NCBI GenBank assembly: GCA_029775915.1
Contig: JARVKA010000004.1
Location: 130,906 to 194,905, forward strand
Direction of reading: 5' to 3'
Origin: Nitrososphaeria archaeon
Lineage (GTDB): Archaea; Thermoproteota; Nitrososphaeria; Nitrososphaerales; JANXEG01
DNA length: 64,000 nt
Positions 49,501-57,406 of the stretch are shown here, piece by piece. Position numbers and translations under genes: made by a program. The notes under the pieces are model-generated. The model was not told where the DNA came from and made no database searches. It saw nothing but the letters and a program-made list of their open reading frames with translations. How positions within the stretch are numbered: position 1 is the stretch's first letter; the number at the start of each line of letters is the position of its first letter.

Positions 49501-50062
49501 CAGCATTTTGTAATTGCTTCATAGCCTCAGCCTTTTTTTGATCAAACTCTGCTACACCAGCTATATTCTCTATTAATGCTCTTTTTTGATCAGGTAAAAG
49601 TTCTGCAATCTTTGTTACCATACCTTGGGGTACTATATTAAGCCCATCAGTTGAAATTAAACCTACATTCAAAATCTCAGATAGGTTACCTTTTTGTATA
49701 GATTTGCCATTAAGATAATATACACTCTCTCCAGTATTCTTAAGTTCACGTGAAATGGTAATTAAATCAGAATCTATCGGTATAGTTCTTGAAGTATTAT
49801 CAAAAGTTATCGTTACTTTACAATTAGAAGGTTTATATAATCCATTAGGGCCGCCATCATAAATTAAACTCGTTAATTTATCAACTCTTAACCTCTTTGG
49901 ACTATTCTCACCTATGGCAAAGAGAATAGCATCGAAAATATTGGTTTTACCACTACCATTAGGCCCTGTAATAACTGTTAACCCTTTATCAAAATTAAGG
50001 GTAACAACTTTATCACCCAATGATTTAAAACCTTTTATTTCTAACTTTTTAATGAAAGCCAA
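46511..50062 (-). CDS. smc: Chromosome segregation ATPase SMC
   Basis: Walker A GPNGSGKTN, long coiled coils, a central hinge (GVIGVLADVI...GDTILVDS), signature motif SGGEKT and Walker B LFDEIDAHLD. Length is 1183 aa. Confidence 0.95.
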   Translation of the reverse strand: MAFIKKLEIKGFKSLGDKVVTLNFDKGLTVITGPNGSGKTNIFDAILFAIGENSPKRLRVDKLTSLIYDGGPNGLYKPSNCKVTITFDNTSRTIPIDSDLITISRELKNTGESVYYLNGKSIQKGNLSEILNVGLISTDGLNIVPQGMVTKIAELLPDQKRALIENIAGVAEFDQKKAEAMKQLQNADMKLQVAMARINEIKSRVESLEEERNDQLRLKQLENEIKWLKAVLASKNLINTREKIDKQKQVIKECLIRLEEIQRKISDLKSNIQNLENERNQFISTVMEGPSGKQLEIEFEIVKITNELNRLNSDVENAQRIISRIDETLPNLQKTSENLLKEIEGSKQKIDQLKITLKDLEKAKKEAEKESIKIQNGIKRLKDRISRLNKRLELLKQRLSKYDEIQRSINMKIEALRNNQNIINERLKVLQDKSNSFSNTLNQLEANIKELENLKKNDIESINRLNESISNLLKIKERLENEIESATTILEKVRGTVIKYDSQKSVVEQVLIEELAFQKLKELADAGLIDGFIDKFENLISYEHQYEKAVLAIGKKWMKSAIVKDINAMLKAAELIRRFKIGRLTIIPLSEVSDTSKVNPPNVDGVIGVLADVIKVDKDFIGLVNFIFGDTILVDSTRSAYIVASRGFKSVSINGDVFEPKAMAFETGLIKKLSQIIGLIGDEKSFSTVKEALTSLKKLITKRKLDLQRLEKRSKELEKEMMKRALHMERLTADLINFSKLIKKYGKLKRVVDKKIAQTKTVLNRVEKRISKLENYQSFIIDRIKLCNKRILDLNLDKLKEELASLEKKKSFYTEFINNTSIQIGEVHTQLTKEIGNLNHNLQPSFDRVNKEIEQLKNEKEEKLRFLKESEIKIHELSSKLNALKSEEANIIESSKKSRPILESFEERLKILKSEEEELKKSFLNLERERINAEKSLDKLLEAERRFIDELSLLGYNAPIEVFDGAELILKQLNLEYEQLRYNVNLLADRSYKDVFINYKNLSLRKNQLEMERDAIVKFIESIEAEKKRVFLDTYSKIDRELRSIFTKLTGGKAWLEIENPDEIFSGGIFLMTEFLGKAPRESSSTSGGEKTVSALAFILAIQSVYPSPFYLFDEIDAHLDLVNSERLAELLKERARDCQIIIITLRESIMSRSSLIYGVYIENGISKVVKYKPSVEVIVKSG

Positions 50063-50420
50063 GATTAAAACCCCCTATAAATCTTGAGTTTTATCATAAA
50101 CTTGATTATCTTAATTCTCACCTCAATAATTCCTTCATTAATAACTCTTGCATAAACTACCCACAACTCTATCTTTTATTTGACTTTTCAAATTTAATGA
50201 TTCTAACTCCAAGTTATTTAAATATTTGCAATAAACTTTAAATGGGTTTATTTTTGCAAACAATTAACCCAAATATTATTATTCACACATTAAATATAAA
50301 TATGAAAGCTTAGTATTCTAAGCTATTTAAGTCATATACCTTTGACTCATTTGAAAGTTTCGCATATTAAGATTTAATGGGCATAATTTGAAATACCCCT
50401 TAATTTTAAGATAATTTGGC

Positions 50421-51485
50421 ATGAATATTTTTAAAAAGAGAAGGGAGAAAATTCTCAATTCTGCAAAGGATTTAGAATTTGATGTTGTAGTAGCGAGTAA
50501 TCTTGAGAATTTGTATTATTTAACTGGCTTTCGGGGTAGCGGTATGGTAATAATTGATGAATCTAAGACTTTAATCTTTACACAAACTTTAGATAAAGGT
50601 AAAGCTGAGATTCAAGCTTCAGATTGTGAGATAATTGATGTTAAAGTTGGTAACTCTCTTTATGATTTTATCATAGAGGCTTTAAAAGGGAGGAGGGTAT
50701 TATTTGATGATCTTCGAGTGTCTATAGCTGATAAAGTTAGAGAAAGGGTTAAAGATGTGAAATTTGATCCACAATTTTTTTATAAATTTAGAAGAAGGAA
50801 GGATTATTATGAAATTGAATGTATAAAAAAAGCTGCGATGATTATAGATAAGTTATTTGAATTTGCTAATGAAATTTTAAGTGTTGGTGTAAGTGAAAGG
50901 CAAGTAGCTGGAGAGTTAATTTCAAAAGCGATTCTCATGGGTTGCACATTCCCAATTGGTAGCGCTTCAAATATTATAATCGCCTCAGGGATTAATAGCA
51001 CATATCCACATGCTGAACCCACGGATAAAAAATTAAATAATGGAGATTTAATAATCGTTGATTTATTCTTCATGTATGAAGGTTATGTAGCTGATGCGAC
51101 ACGAACCTTTGGCTTAGGAAGTTTATCGAATGAAGTTAAAGAGGTTTATGAAGCGGTGAGAGAGGTTCAAGAGTTAGGCATTAAAAGTATAGCTGATGGT
51201 ACTTTTTGTAAAGATATTGATAAGGTTTGTAGAGATAGGTTAATTAAAAAAGGGTTGGCAGATTTCTTCATTCACTCTACTGGTCATGGTGTGGGTTTAG
51301 AGGTTCATGAACCGCCATGGTTAAGACCAAATTCGAATGATGTGTTAATGAAAGGTGATGTAGTTACTATTGAACCCGGAGTTTACATTCCAAATAAATT
51401 TGGGATTAGGATTGAAGATACCATTTACGTCTCACATAATGTAGAGATTTTAACAAAATTTCCAAAGGAGCTAATTATTCTTTAA
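50421..51485 (+). CDS. pepQ: Xaa-Pro aminopeptidase/dipeptidase (M24B family)
   Basis: Pita-bread metal ligands are present (DLFFMYEGYVADATRT, HSTGHGVGLEVHEPP, TIEPGVY, RIEDT). Confidence 0.85.
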   Translation: MNIFKKRREKILNSAKDLEFDVVVASNLENLYYLTGFRGSGMVIIDESKTLIFTQTLDKGKAEIQASDCEIIDVKVGNSLYDFIIEALKGRRVLFDDLRVSIADKVRERVKDVKFDPQFFYKFRRRKDYYEIECIKKAAMIIDKLFEFANEILSVGVSERQVAGELISKAILMGCTFPIGSASNIIIASGINSTYPHAEPTDKKLNNGDLIIVDLFFMYEGYVADATRTFGLGSLSNEVKEVYEAVREVQELGIKSIADGTFCKDIDKVCRDRLIKKGLADFFIHSTGHGVGLEVHEPPWLRPNSNDVLMKGDVVTIEPGVYIPNKFGIRIEDTIYVSHNVEILTKFPKELIIL

Positions 51486-51549
51486 ATTTTCTGAAAATTA
51501 AAATGGTTTATTTAATTGTTATAAAATATATTTTATAAAGGTGTAAGTT

Positions 51550-52587
51550 TTGGAGCTTCGCAAAGCACAAGAGATGGGCGGGGGCACGATTTTAATATCC
51601 CTACCTAAAGATTGGGTTGAGCATTATGGTTTGAAAAAAGGTAGCATAATCGCAATAGATACAACTGCTGATGGATGCCTCTTAATTTATCCATTTAAGA
51701 GTGAGGAGAAGAGGATGCGTGAAATGAATATACCTTATCCGAGTGAAGATTTAGAGCGCTTAATAGATAAGATTACTGGAGCGTATTTATTGGGCTGTGA
51801 TGTGATTAAAATTTGTGGTAATAAACGAATTAATTACAAAGATAGAGAGAGGATAAAGAAGGGGGTTCAAAGATTAATCGGCTTGGAGATCGTTGAAGAA
51901 GATGCATACTCTATAACATTGCAATTCCTACCCGAACCAGCTACACTCAACCCTACAAAAATGTTTGTGAGAATGCATATGTTAGTAATGGGGATGATTA
52001 AAGATGCAATTACATCACTTATAGAAAGGGATGAACATTTAGCTAAAGTCGTTATTGAGAGGGATGATGAAGTGGATAGAATTTACTTCTTACTCGTAAG
52101 AATGTTACGCAGTGCAGTATTAAATCATAAATTGGCTAACACTTATGGATTAAGTGCTGTAGATTGTTTAGATTATCGTGTAGCAGCTACGATTCTTGAG
52201 GCTGAAGGGGATGCAGCGGTTGAGCTCGTTCAAAATATATCCATTATTTCAAAGGATTTGAGTAAAGAGTTTAATGATCGATTGTTAAAGGTTGGATTAG
52301 CTTTAGAAGAATCACAAAAACTTGCAGTAAAGGCTTTTCTATCTAAAGAAGAGAAGGATTCGAAGAAAGCTGAGGAAGCTAATCGCAATTTGTATGAAAT
52401 TCTTGAAAGTTTAAAAATTGAATTTTCACAAAAACCCCTACCTTCATTATTAACCATAATTTCAAATGTAGATAAAATGTATAGATGTAATGTTGATATT
52501 AGTGATCTTGCCGTTCCAATATACCCATTAGTAAACAAGACTACTATAGAAGAATTTACAAATAAATCAAAAAATCACTTTAATTGA
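51550..52587 (+). CDS. phoU: Archaeal PhoU-family regulator with an N-terminal AbrB/SpoVT DNA-binding domain
   Basis: N-terminal swapped-hairpin motif (GGGTILISLPKDWVEHYGLKKGSIIAI) followed by two PhoU-like helical repeats (ERDDEVDRIYFLLVRML...). TTG start. Confidence 0.72.
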   Translation: MELRKAQEMGGGTILISLPKDWVEHYGLKKGSIIAIDTTADGCLLIYPFKSEEKRMREMNIPYPSEDLERLIDKITGAYLLGCDVIKICGNKRINYKDRERIKKGVQRLIGLEIVEEDAYSITLQFLPEPATLNPTKMFVRMHMLVMGMIKDAITSLIERDEHLAKVVIERDDEVDRIYFLLVRMLRSAVLNHKLANTYGLSAVDCLDYRVAATILEAEGDAAVELVQNISIISKDLSKEFNDRLLKVGLALEESQKLAVKAFLSKEEKDSKKAEEANRNLYEILESLKIEFSQKPLPSLLTIISNVDKMYRCNVDISDLAVPIYPLVNKTTIEEFTNKSKNHFN

Positions 52588-52627
52588 ATCCATAAGATTT
52601 AATTATCGTTAATTAACTTAGATATTT

Positions 52628-54259
52628 ATGCCCAAATACATCTTCGTTACTGGAGGGGTAATGTCGGGTTTAGGAAAAGGTGTTACTACCGCTTCTTTAG
52701 CGAAACTTCTTCAATTAGCAGGCTTTAAAGTCACATGTATAAAAATCGATCCATATCTCAATGTGGATGCTGGCACTATGAATCCATTAATTCATGGTGA
52801 AGTTTTTGTTACAGATGATGGCGGTGAAACAGATATGGATATTGGAACTTATGAACGTTTTTTGGGTCAAAATTTAACAGCTGAGCATAATATCACTGCT
52901 GGTCAAGTTTATAAACGTGTTATTGAGGAAGAGAGAAAAGGAACTTATTTAGGCAGATGTGTACAAATTATACCTCATGTAACTGATGAAATTAAAAGAA
53001 GGATTAGAGCTATAGCTCAAAAAAGTCCTATAGATGTAGTTTTAGTTGAATGTGGAGGTACAGTAGGTGATATAGAAGGTTTACCTTTTCTTGAGGCTTT
53101 ACGCCAAATGAGGTTAGAAGAGGGCATATTTAATACGTTATTTGTACATGTCACACTCGCCCCAATAGTTGAGCCCGTAGGTGAGCAAAAAACCAAGCCT
53201 ACACAACATAGTGTGCAAGAGTTAAGGCGTATTGGTATACATCCAGATATGATTATAGTTAGATGTAAAGAATATTTATCTGAAGAATCTAAAAGAAAGA
53301 TTTCATTATTCACTAGTGTTGATTATGATGGTGTAATATCCAATCCAGATGTACAAATAGTTTATGAAGTGCCACAAATATTAGAGAAAGAAGGAGCGCT
53401 TTCTTACATTTGTAAAAAATTACAACTTAACTTTAAAGAGATTAAGTGGGACTCTTGGATTAAATTCGTAAATTCATTTTTAAATGCTAAAGATGAAGTA
53501 AGAATTGCTATCGTAGGCAAGTATGTGAGTTTAGTTGATAGTTATGTAAGTATTAATCATGCCTTAATTCATGCAGCTGCAGCGCAAGGTGTAAAGATAC
53601 GTAGTAAGTGGATAGATGCTGAAGAGTTAGAGCAAAAGCCAGAATTGTTATCTATGCTAAAGGATTTTCATGGTATTCTTGTACCTGGAGGTTTTGGTAA
53701 AAGGGGGATTGAGGGCAAGATTATGGCAGCGAATTATGCAAATATGCAAAAAATACCTTACTTGGGACTTTGCCTCGGCTTTCAATTAGCGGTAATAGCA
53801 TTTGCTAGGCATGTTCTTAATTTAAGAGAAGCAAACTCTACTGAATTTGATCCCTTTACACCCCATCCAGTAATAGACCTTCTCCCTGAGCAAAGGTATG
53901 TGAAAGAGATGGGTGCAACGATGAGGCTTGGTGGGCATGAAATAGTGATTAAAGAAGGTACAAATGCTTTCAAGATTTATGGTAAAAAAATTATTAAGGA
54001 GAGGCATAGGCACAGATATGAATTAAATCAAGCATACCTTAAAGATTTTGAAAATGCTGGTATGATCTTTTCAGCATTTAGTGATGAGGGAAAAAGAGCT
54101 GAGATTTTAGAGATACCAAACCATCCATTCTACTTTGCTACTCAATATCATCCTGAGTTTATTAGTAGACCAGATGCCCCAGAACCGATATTTGTTAAAT
54201 TTATAGAAGCAACTATGCAAAGAAAGCTTAGTATTCAACAATCAGTAGTGTTAATTTAG
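52628..54259 (+). CDS. pyrG: CTP synthase
   Basis: KYIFVTGGVMSGLGKG N-terminus, a GATase domain with GLCLGFQ and HRHRYE. Length is 543 aa. Confidence 0.95.
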   Translation: MPKYIFVTGGVMSGLGKGVTTASLAKLLQLAGFKVTCIKIDPYLNVDAGTMNPLIHGEVFVTDDGGETDMDIGTYERFLGQNLTAEHNITAGQVYKRVIEEERKGTYLGRCVQIIPHVTDEIKRRIRAIAQKSPIDVVLVECGGTVGDIEGLPFLEALRQMRLEEGIFNTLFVHVTLAPIVEPVGEQKTKPTQHSVQELRRIGIHPDMIIVRCKEYLSEESKRKISLFTSVDYDGVISNPDVQIVYEVPQILEKEGALSYICKKLQLNFKEIKWDSWIKFVNSFLNAKDEVRIAIVGKYVSLVDSYVSINHALIHAAAAQGVKIRSKWIDAEELEQKPELLSMLKDFHGILVPGGFGKRGIEGKIMAANYANMQKIPYLGLCLGFQLAVIAFARHVLNLREANSTEFDPFTPHPVIDLLPEQRYVKEMGATMRLGGHEIVIKEGTNAFKIYGKKIIKERHRHRYELNQAYLKDFENAGMIFSAFSDEGKRAEILEIPNHPFYFATQYHPEFISRPDAPEPIFVKFIEATMQRKLSIQQSVVLI

Positions 54260-54383
54260 CTTAAACTAAAGTTAAAAGTATGGGTATGTGAAATAAACCT
54301 ATTTATTGGATATTTTTTATTATATAGAAACTATTCATAAACTCATATATAATCATGTATCATTATTATGTTTAGGAAATTTA

Positions 54384-55275
54384 ATGAGCAGTATCATTAA
54401 AATGTTTAATCCCAAGTCCATAGCTTTGATTGGTGCAACTGAACGAGAAGGTTCGGTTGGTCAAGCAATAATGAAGAATTTAATGATGGGAAAGGATAAG
54501 AGATCTATTTATCCTATAAATCCAAAAAGAGATGTTGTGATGGGCTTAAAGTGTTTTGCACATATCAAAGACGTTCCTGAACATGTTGATCTTGCTATAA
54601 TAGCGACTCCATCAAATACTGTTCCTAGCTTAGTTGAAGAATGTGGTTTAGCTAATGTGGACGGGGTGGTAATAATTTCAGCAGGTTTTCGTGAGATTGG
54701 TGAGGAGGGGGCAAAGTTAGAGGATGAGATAAAGCGTATTCAAGTAAATTATGGTATTCGAATCTTAGGACCGAATTGCTTAGGCTTTATTAGACCCCCA
54801 TCGGTCTTAACGCTACCTTCTTAAATGATAATCCCGAGCCAGGTCAAATTGCTTTCATCTCACAAAGTGGAGCTTTAGGCTCAGTTATCGTGAATTGGGC
54901 TGTTAGCGCTCATATCGGCTTCAGCATGTTCATCTCTTTAGGTTCTATACTTGATATAGATTATGATAGAGAAATGGCGTTTATAGCTGAAACGAGAGAA
55001 GGAGATCGAAGAATAGAGATTGGAGTGGGGCGCTTAATCTTAGAACCTAATAGAAAGCGAGGTGAGTTTGCTGTAGTAGTGGCTGACAAATATCAAAGAA
55101 AAGGCTTACAAAGTTAGTCGATATGTTAATCGGTGTAGCTGAAGAAAAAGGATTAGAGAGCATGTATGGTATAGTACTACCAGAGAATAAGAATATGATA
55201 AGTTTGTGTGAAAAATTGGGCTTTAATATAGAGAAAAAACAAGGAGAAGTAATTGTAGAACTTAAGTTAAAATAA
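54384..55275 (+). pseudogene. Decayed gene for a bifunctional ADP-forming acyl-CoA synthetase-like / GNAT acetyltransferase (Pat-like): two frameshifts and a large internal deletion
   Basis: - Frame 0 reads MSSIIKMFNPKSIALIGATEREGSVGQ...ILGPNCLGFIRP, a CoA-binding/ACD N-terminus.
- After the C5 run at 54795-54799 the sequence continues in frame 2 as IGLNATFLNDNPEPGQIAFISQSGALGS...FISLGSILDIDY.
- It then jumps straight into a GNAT core (EMAFIAE...EFAVVVADKYQRKGL).
- The GNAT C-terminus (LVDMLIGVAEEKGLESMYGIVLPENKNMISLCEKLGF) continues in frame 1 to the TAA at 55273-55275.
- Intact homologs are about 900 aa. Confidence 0.75.
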
Positions 55276-55319
55276 TAAGCTTTTAAGCTATTAATAGCAA
55301 AATGAAAATTGCAATAATA

Positions 55320-56276
55320 TTAACTAATTCTCTCCATAATGTATCTACTTGCAATTTCAACCGCTTCTTCTGCAATCTCAGTAGCACATTTCCCAAAAAT
55401 ATAAGTCATTGGTTCTATACCTATTCCACCTTTATGAATTACAATCTTTGATACTCTTCTTAATTTTGATAATGCTTCATTAAAACTTTCAACGACTACA
55501 TCTATGCCAATACGTGGAGAGGTTACTACTTGATTTATATACACTAAATCATAACCCATTTTATTAAGGATTTTATCAATCTTCTCATCATACTTTACAT
55601 TTATCACAGCTTTGATATTCTTATCGTAATGCATTGCACAAAGGAGCATCTTTGCCATATGGCGAGATGCTCCAAACTCTGGATCCATCATAGCTTTTGC
55701 TCTACCATGAACTTTACCAATCCTCCCAGGAATAGCTGCAATATCAGCCTCTGTAGTTGCATTGGTAATAGCTAATGCGATATTTACTGATACTTCAGGC
55801 ATAATATATGGGAAGTAAGGTGATGCTTCAATTATTCTTACAGCTTTTTTTAACTCTTCTAAAACTTTAAATCTTGTTGAATCCATAATCTCAGTTTTAA
55901 ATAGCTTCATACAAATATCACAATCTTCATTGATTAAGGATAATCGTTTATGTGCATGGCATAATATACCATCAGCTAATAATCTTCTCCAAATTGTGTA
56001 TAATGTACGTATAGCATCGACTTGACCTATGAGAAGATCTTCACATAAAAGTTTTGCAATCTTATTGCCCTCATCCATCTTTATCCCTAATTCATTCAAC
56101 TTTTCAAGATAATATTGAAACTTTTTTGAAAGGTATTGACTTATTGCAGCTTGAGTAACACCTAACATACGAGCCATCCTAACTTGGCTTATCTTCTTCT
56201 CTCTTAACTTATGTGCAACCAAACCTCTAACTGCTGGTAAAAATTCTTTAATCATAATTTCGCAAGGTGGGTGCAT
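55320..56276 (-). CDS. thiR: HTH plus ThiN-domain protein (ThiR-type thiamine regulator, or an HTH-fused ThiN thiamine-phosphate synthase)
   Basis: N-terminal XRE-like HTH (ISQVRMARMLGVTQAAISQYLSKK). The C-terminal ~190 aa show a ThiN-like pattern (PEVSVNIA...AAIPGRI...GASRHMA...IHKGG.GIEPM). It is divergent from thiamine-precursor transporter genes. Confidence 0.68.
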   Translation of the reverse strand: MHPPCEIMIKEFLPAVRGLVAHKLREKKISQVRMARMLGVTQAAISQYLSKKFQYYLEKLNELGIKMDEGNKIAKLLCEDLLIGQVDAIRTLYTIWRRLLADGILCHAHKRLSLINEDCDICMKLFKTEIMDSTRFKVLEELKKAVRIIEASPYFPYIMPEVSVNIALAITNATTEADIAAIPGRIGKVHGRAKAMMDPEFGASRHMAKMLLCAMHYDKNIKAVINVKYDEKIDKILNKMGYDLVYINQVVTSPRIGIDVVVESFNEALSKLRRVSKIVIHKGGIGIEPMTYIFGKCATEIAEEAVEIASRYIMERIS

Positions 56277-56279
56277 ATT

Positions 56280-56312
56280 ATAAGTGACTTATTAACATAC
56301 TTATAAATATGT
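56280..56312. promoter_or_regulatory. Divergent promoter/operator: a 13-nt perfect palindrome (56280-56292) and an 18-nt near-palindrome containing a TATA element (56295-56312)
   Basis: ATAAGTgACTTAT is a perfect palindrome. ACATACTTATAAATATGT is palindromic except for one base pair and contains TTATAAAT. The hexamer ACTTAT occurs twice. The element sits between the thiR ATG (56276) and the thiW-like ATG (56334). Confidence 0.4.
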
Positions 56313-56315
56313 GTA

Positions 56316-56858
56316 TTGATTTTTGGCACTGCTATGGTATTAGCTAATAGAATTGCGCTTATAGCTTTGTTAATCTCATTAGGAGTGGCGCTCTCCATTT
56401 ATCCAGGTGCCATACCGATAGGGGCTGGGCCTAAAGTTTATCCATTCCAACATATGATTAACGGTATTTCAGGAGTTATTCTTGGACCATGGTATGGCGC
56501 TTTTATCGCTTTCTCTATTGGTATTTTAAGAGTTAGCATAGGTACTGGTACTATACACGCATTTCCGGGTGGGATACCTGGTGCAATAATTGTTGGTTTA
56601 GTTTATCGATATGTATTAAAAAAAGATGTTGCTGCACTCTTCGAGCCTATTGGAACGGGGTTAGGTGCATTTATTAGCGCACTTATCGTAGCTCCTTTAA
56701 CCGGCTTAACAATAAAAATATCATTTTTTGGCTTAACCGCTCAATGGCAATTATTCTTAATATCATTTTTATTTAGTAGTATACCCGGAGCTATAATTGG
56801 TTACTTAATTCTCATTGCATTAAGAAAGAGGGGTATTCTTGCAAGAATATCACTTTAA
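56316..56858 (+). CDS. thiW: ThiW-like membrane protein (predicted thiazole-precursor transporter, ECF S-component-like)
   Basis: About 5-6 TM helices with VYPFQHMINGISGVILGP and HAFPGGIPGAIIVGLVY motifs, as I recall for ThiW. The internal ATG at 56334 is the more likely start, giving a leaderless mRNA relative to the TATA at 56302-56309. Confidence 0.62.
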   Translation: MIFGTAMVLANRIALIALLISLGVALSIYPGAIPIGAGPKVYPFQHMINGISGVILGPWYGAFIAFSIGILRVSIGTGTIHAFPGGIPGAIIVGLVYRYVLKKDVAALFEPIGTGLGAFISALIVAPLTGLTIKISFFGLTAQWQLFLISFLFSSIPGAIIGYLILIALRKRGILARISL

Positions 56859-57405
56859 AGATCTTATAAATAAGAAAACACTCATTTTAGGTGAATTAAA
56901 TACTGGTAAAACTAAACTCACAGCTAATTTGTTGAATGAGGCAGTAAATAATGGCTATTCAAATAAAATAACGGTTATAGATATGGCTCCTTCAATAAAT
57001 TCGATTTATGGCAAGGTAGGAGAGAGGCTTGAATCTTATACAGATTGTGTAAAGCTCGTTAATTACCTTAAGCCGGATAAAGTTAGAGCGCCTCGATTGG
57101 AAGGGAGAACGGGTTATGAAGTATTAAAACTTGCTCAAGAGAATGCTATGAATATTGATAAATTAATCACACAATTTTTAATGAATCCAACAGAAATTTT
57201 ATTCATTAATGATTTATCGATTTACCTTCACATGGGAGATATTCAAAGAGTAATTCAAATTTTAACAAAATCTAAAACATTAATCGCTAACGCGTATGAA
57301 GGAATTTTACTCAATAATGATAAGGGCTCTGGCATTTCGAATCGTGAGAAAGAGATGTTGAATGGGGTTAAAAAATTTATGGATATAATTATCGAGATGA
57401 GATAA
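56839..57405 (+). CDS. Uncharacterised P-loop NTPase
   Basis: Walker A LILGELNTGKTKL and a Walker B-like EILFINDLS. 188 aa. The TTG start overlaps the thiW-like gene by 20 nt, and the stop is 1 nt before the next start. The P-loop region distantly resembles Clp1/Grc3-type kinases (impression only). Confidence 0.6.
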   Translation: MQEYHFKDLINKKTLILGELNTGKTKLTANLLNEAVNNGYSNKITVIDMAPSINSIYGKVGERLESYTDCVKLVNYLKPDKVRAPRLEGRTGYEVLKLAQENAMNIDKLITQFLMNPTEILFINDLSIYLHMGDIQRVIQILTKSKTLIANAYEGILLNNDKGSGISNREKEMLNGVKKFMDIIIEMR

Positions 57406-57406
57406 T

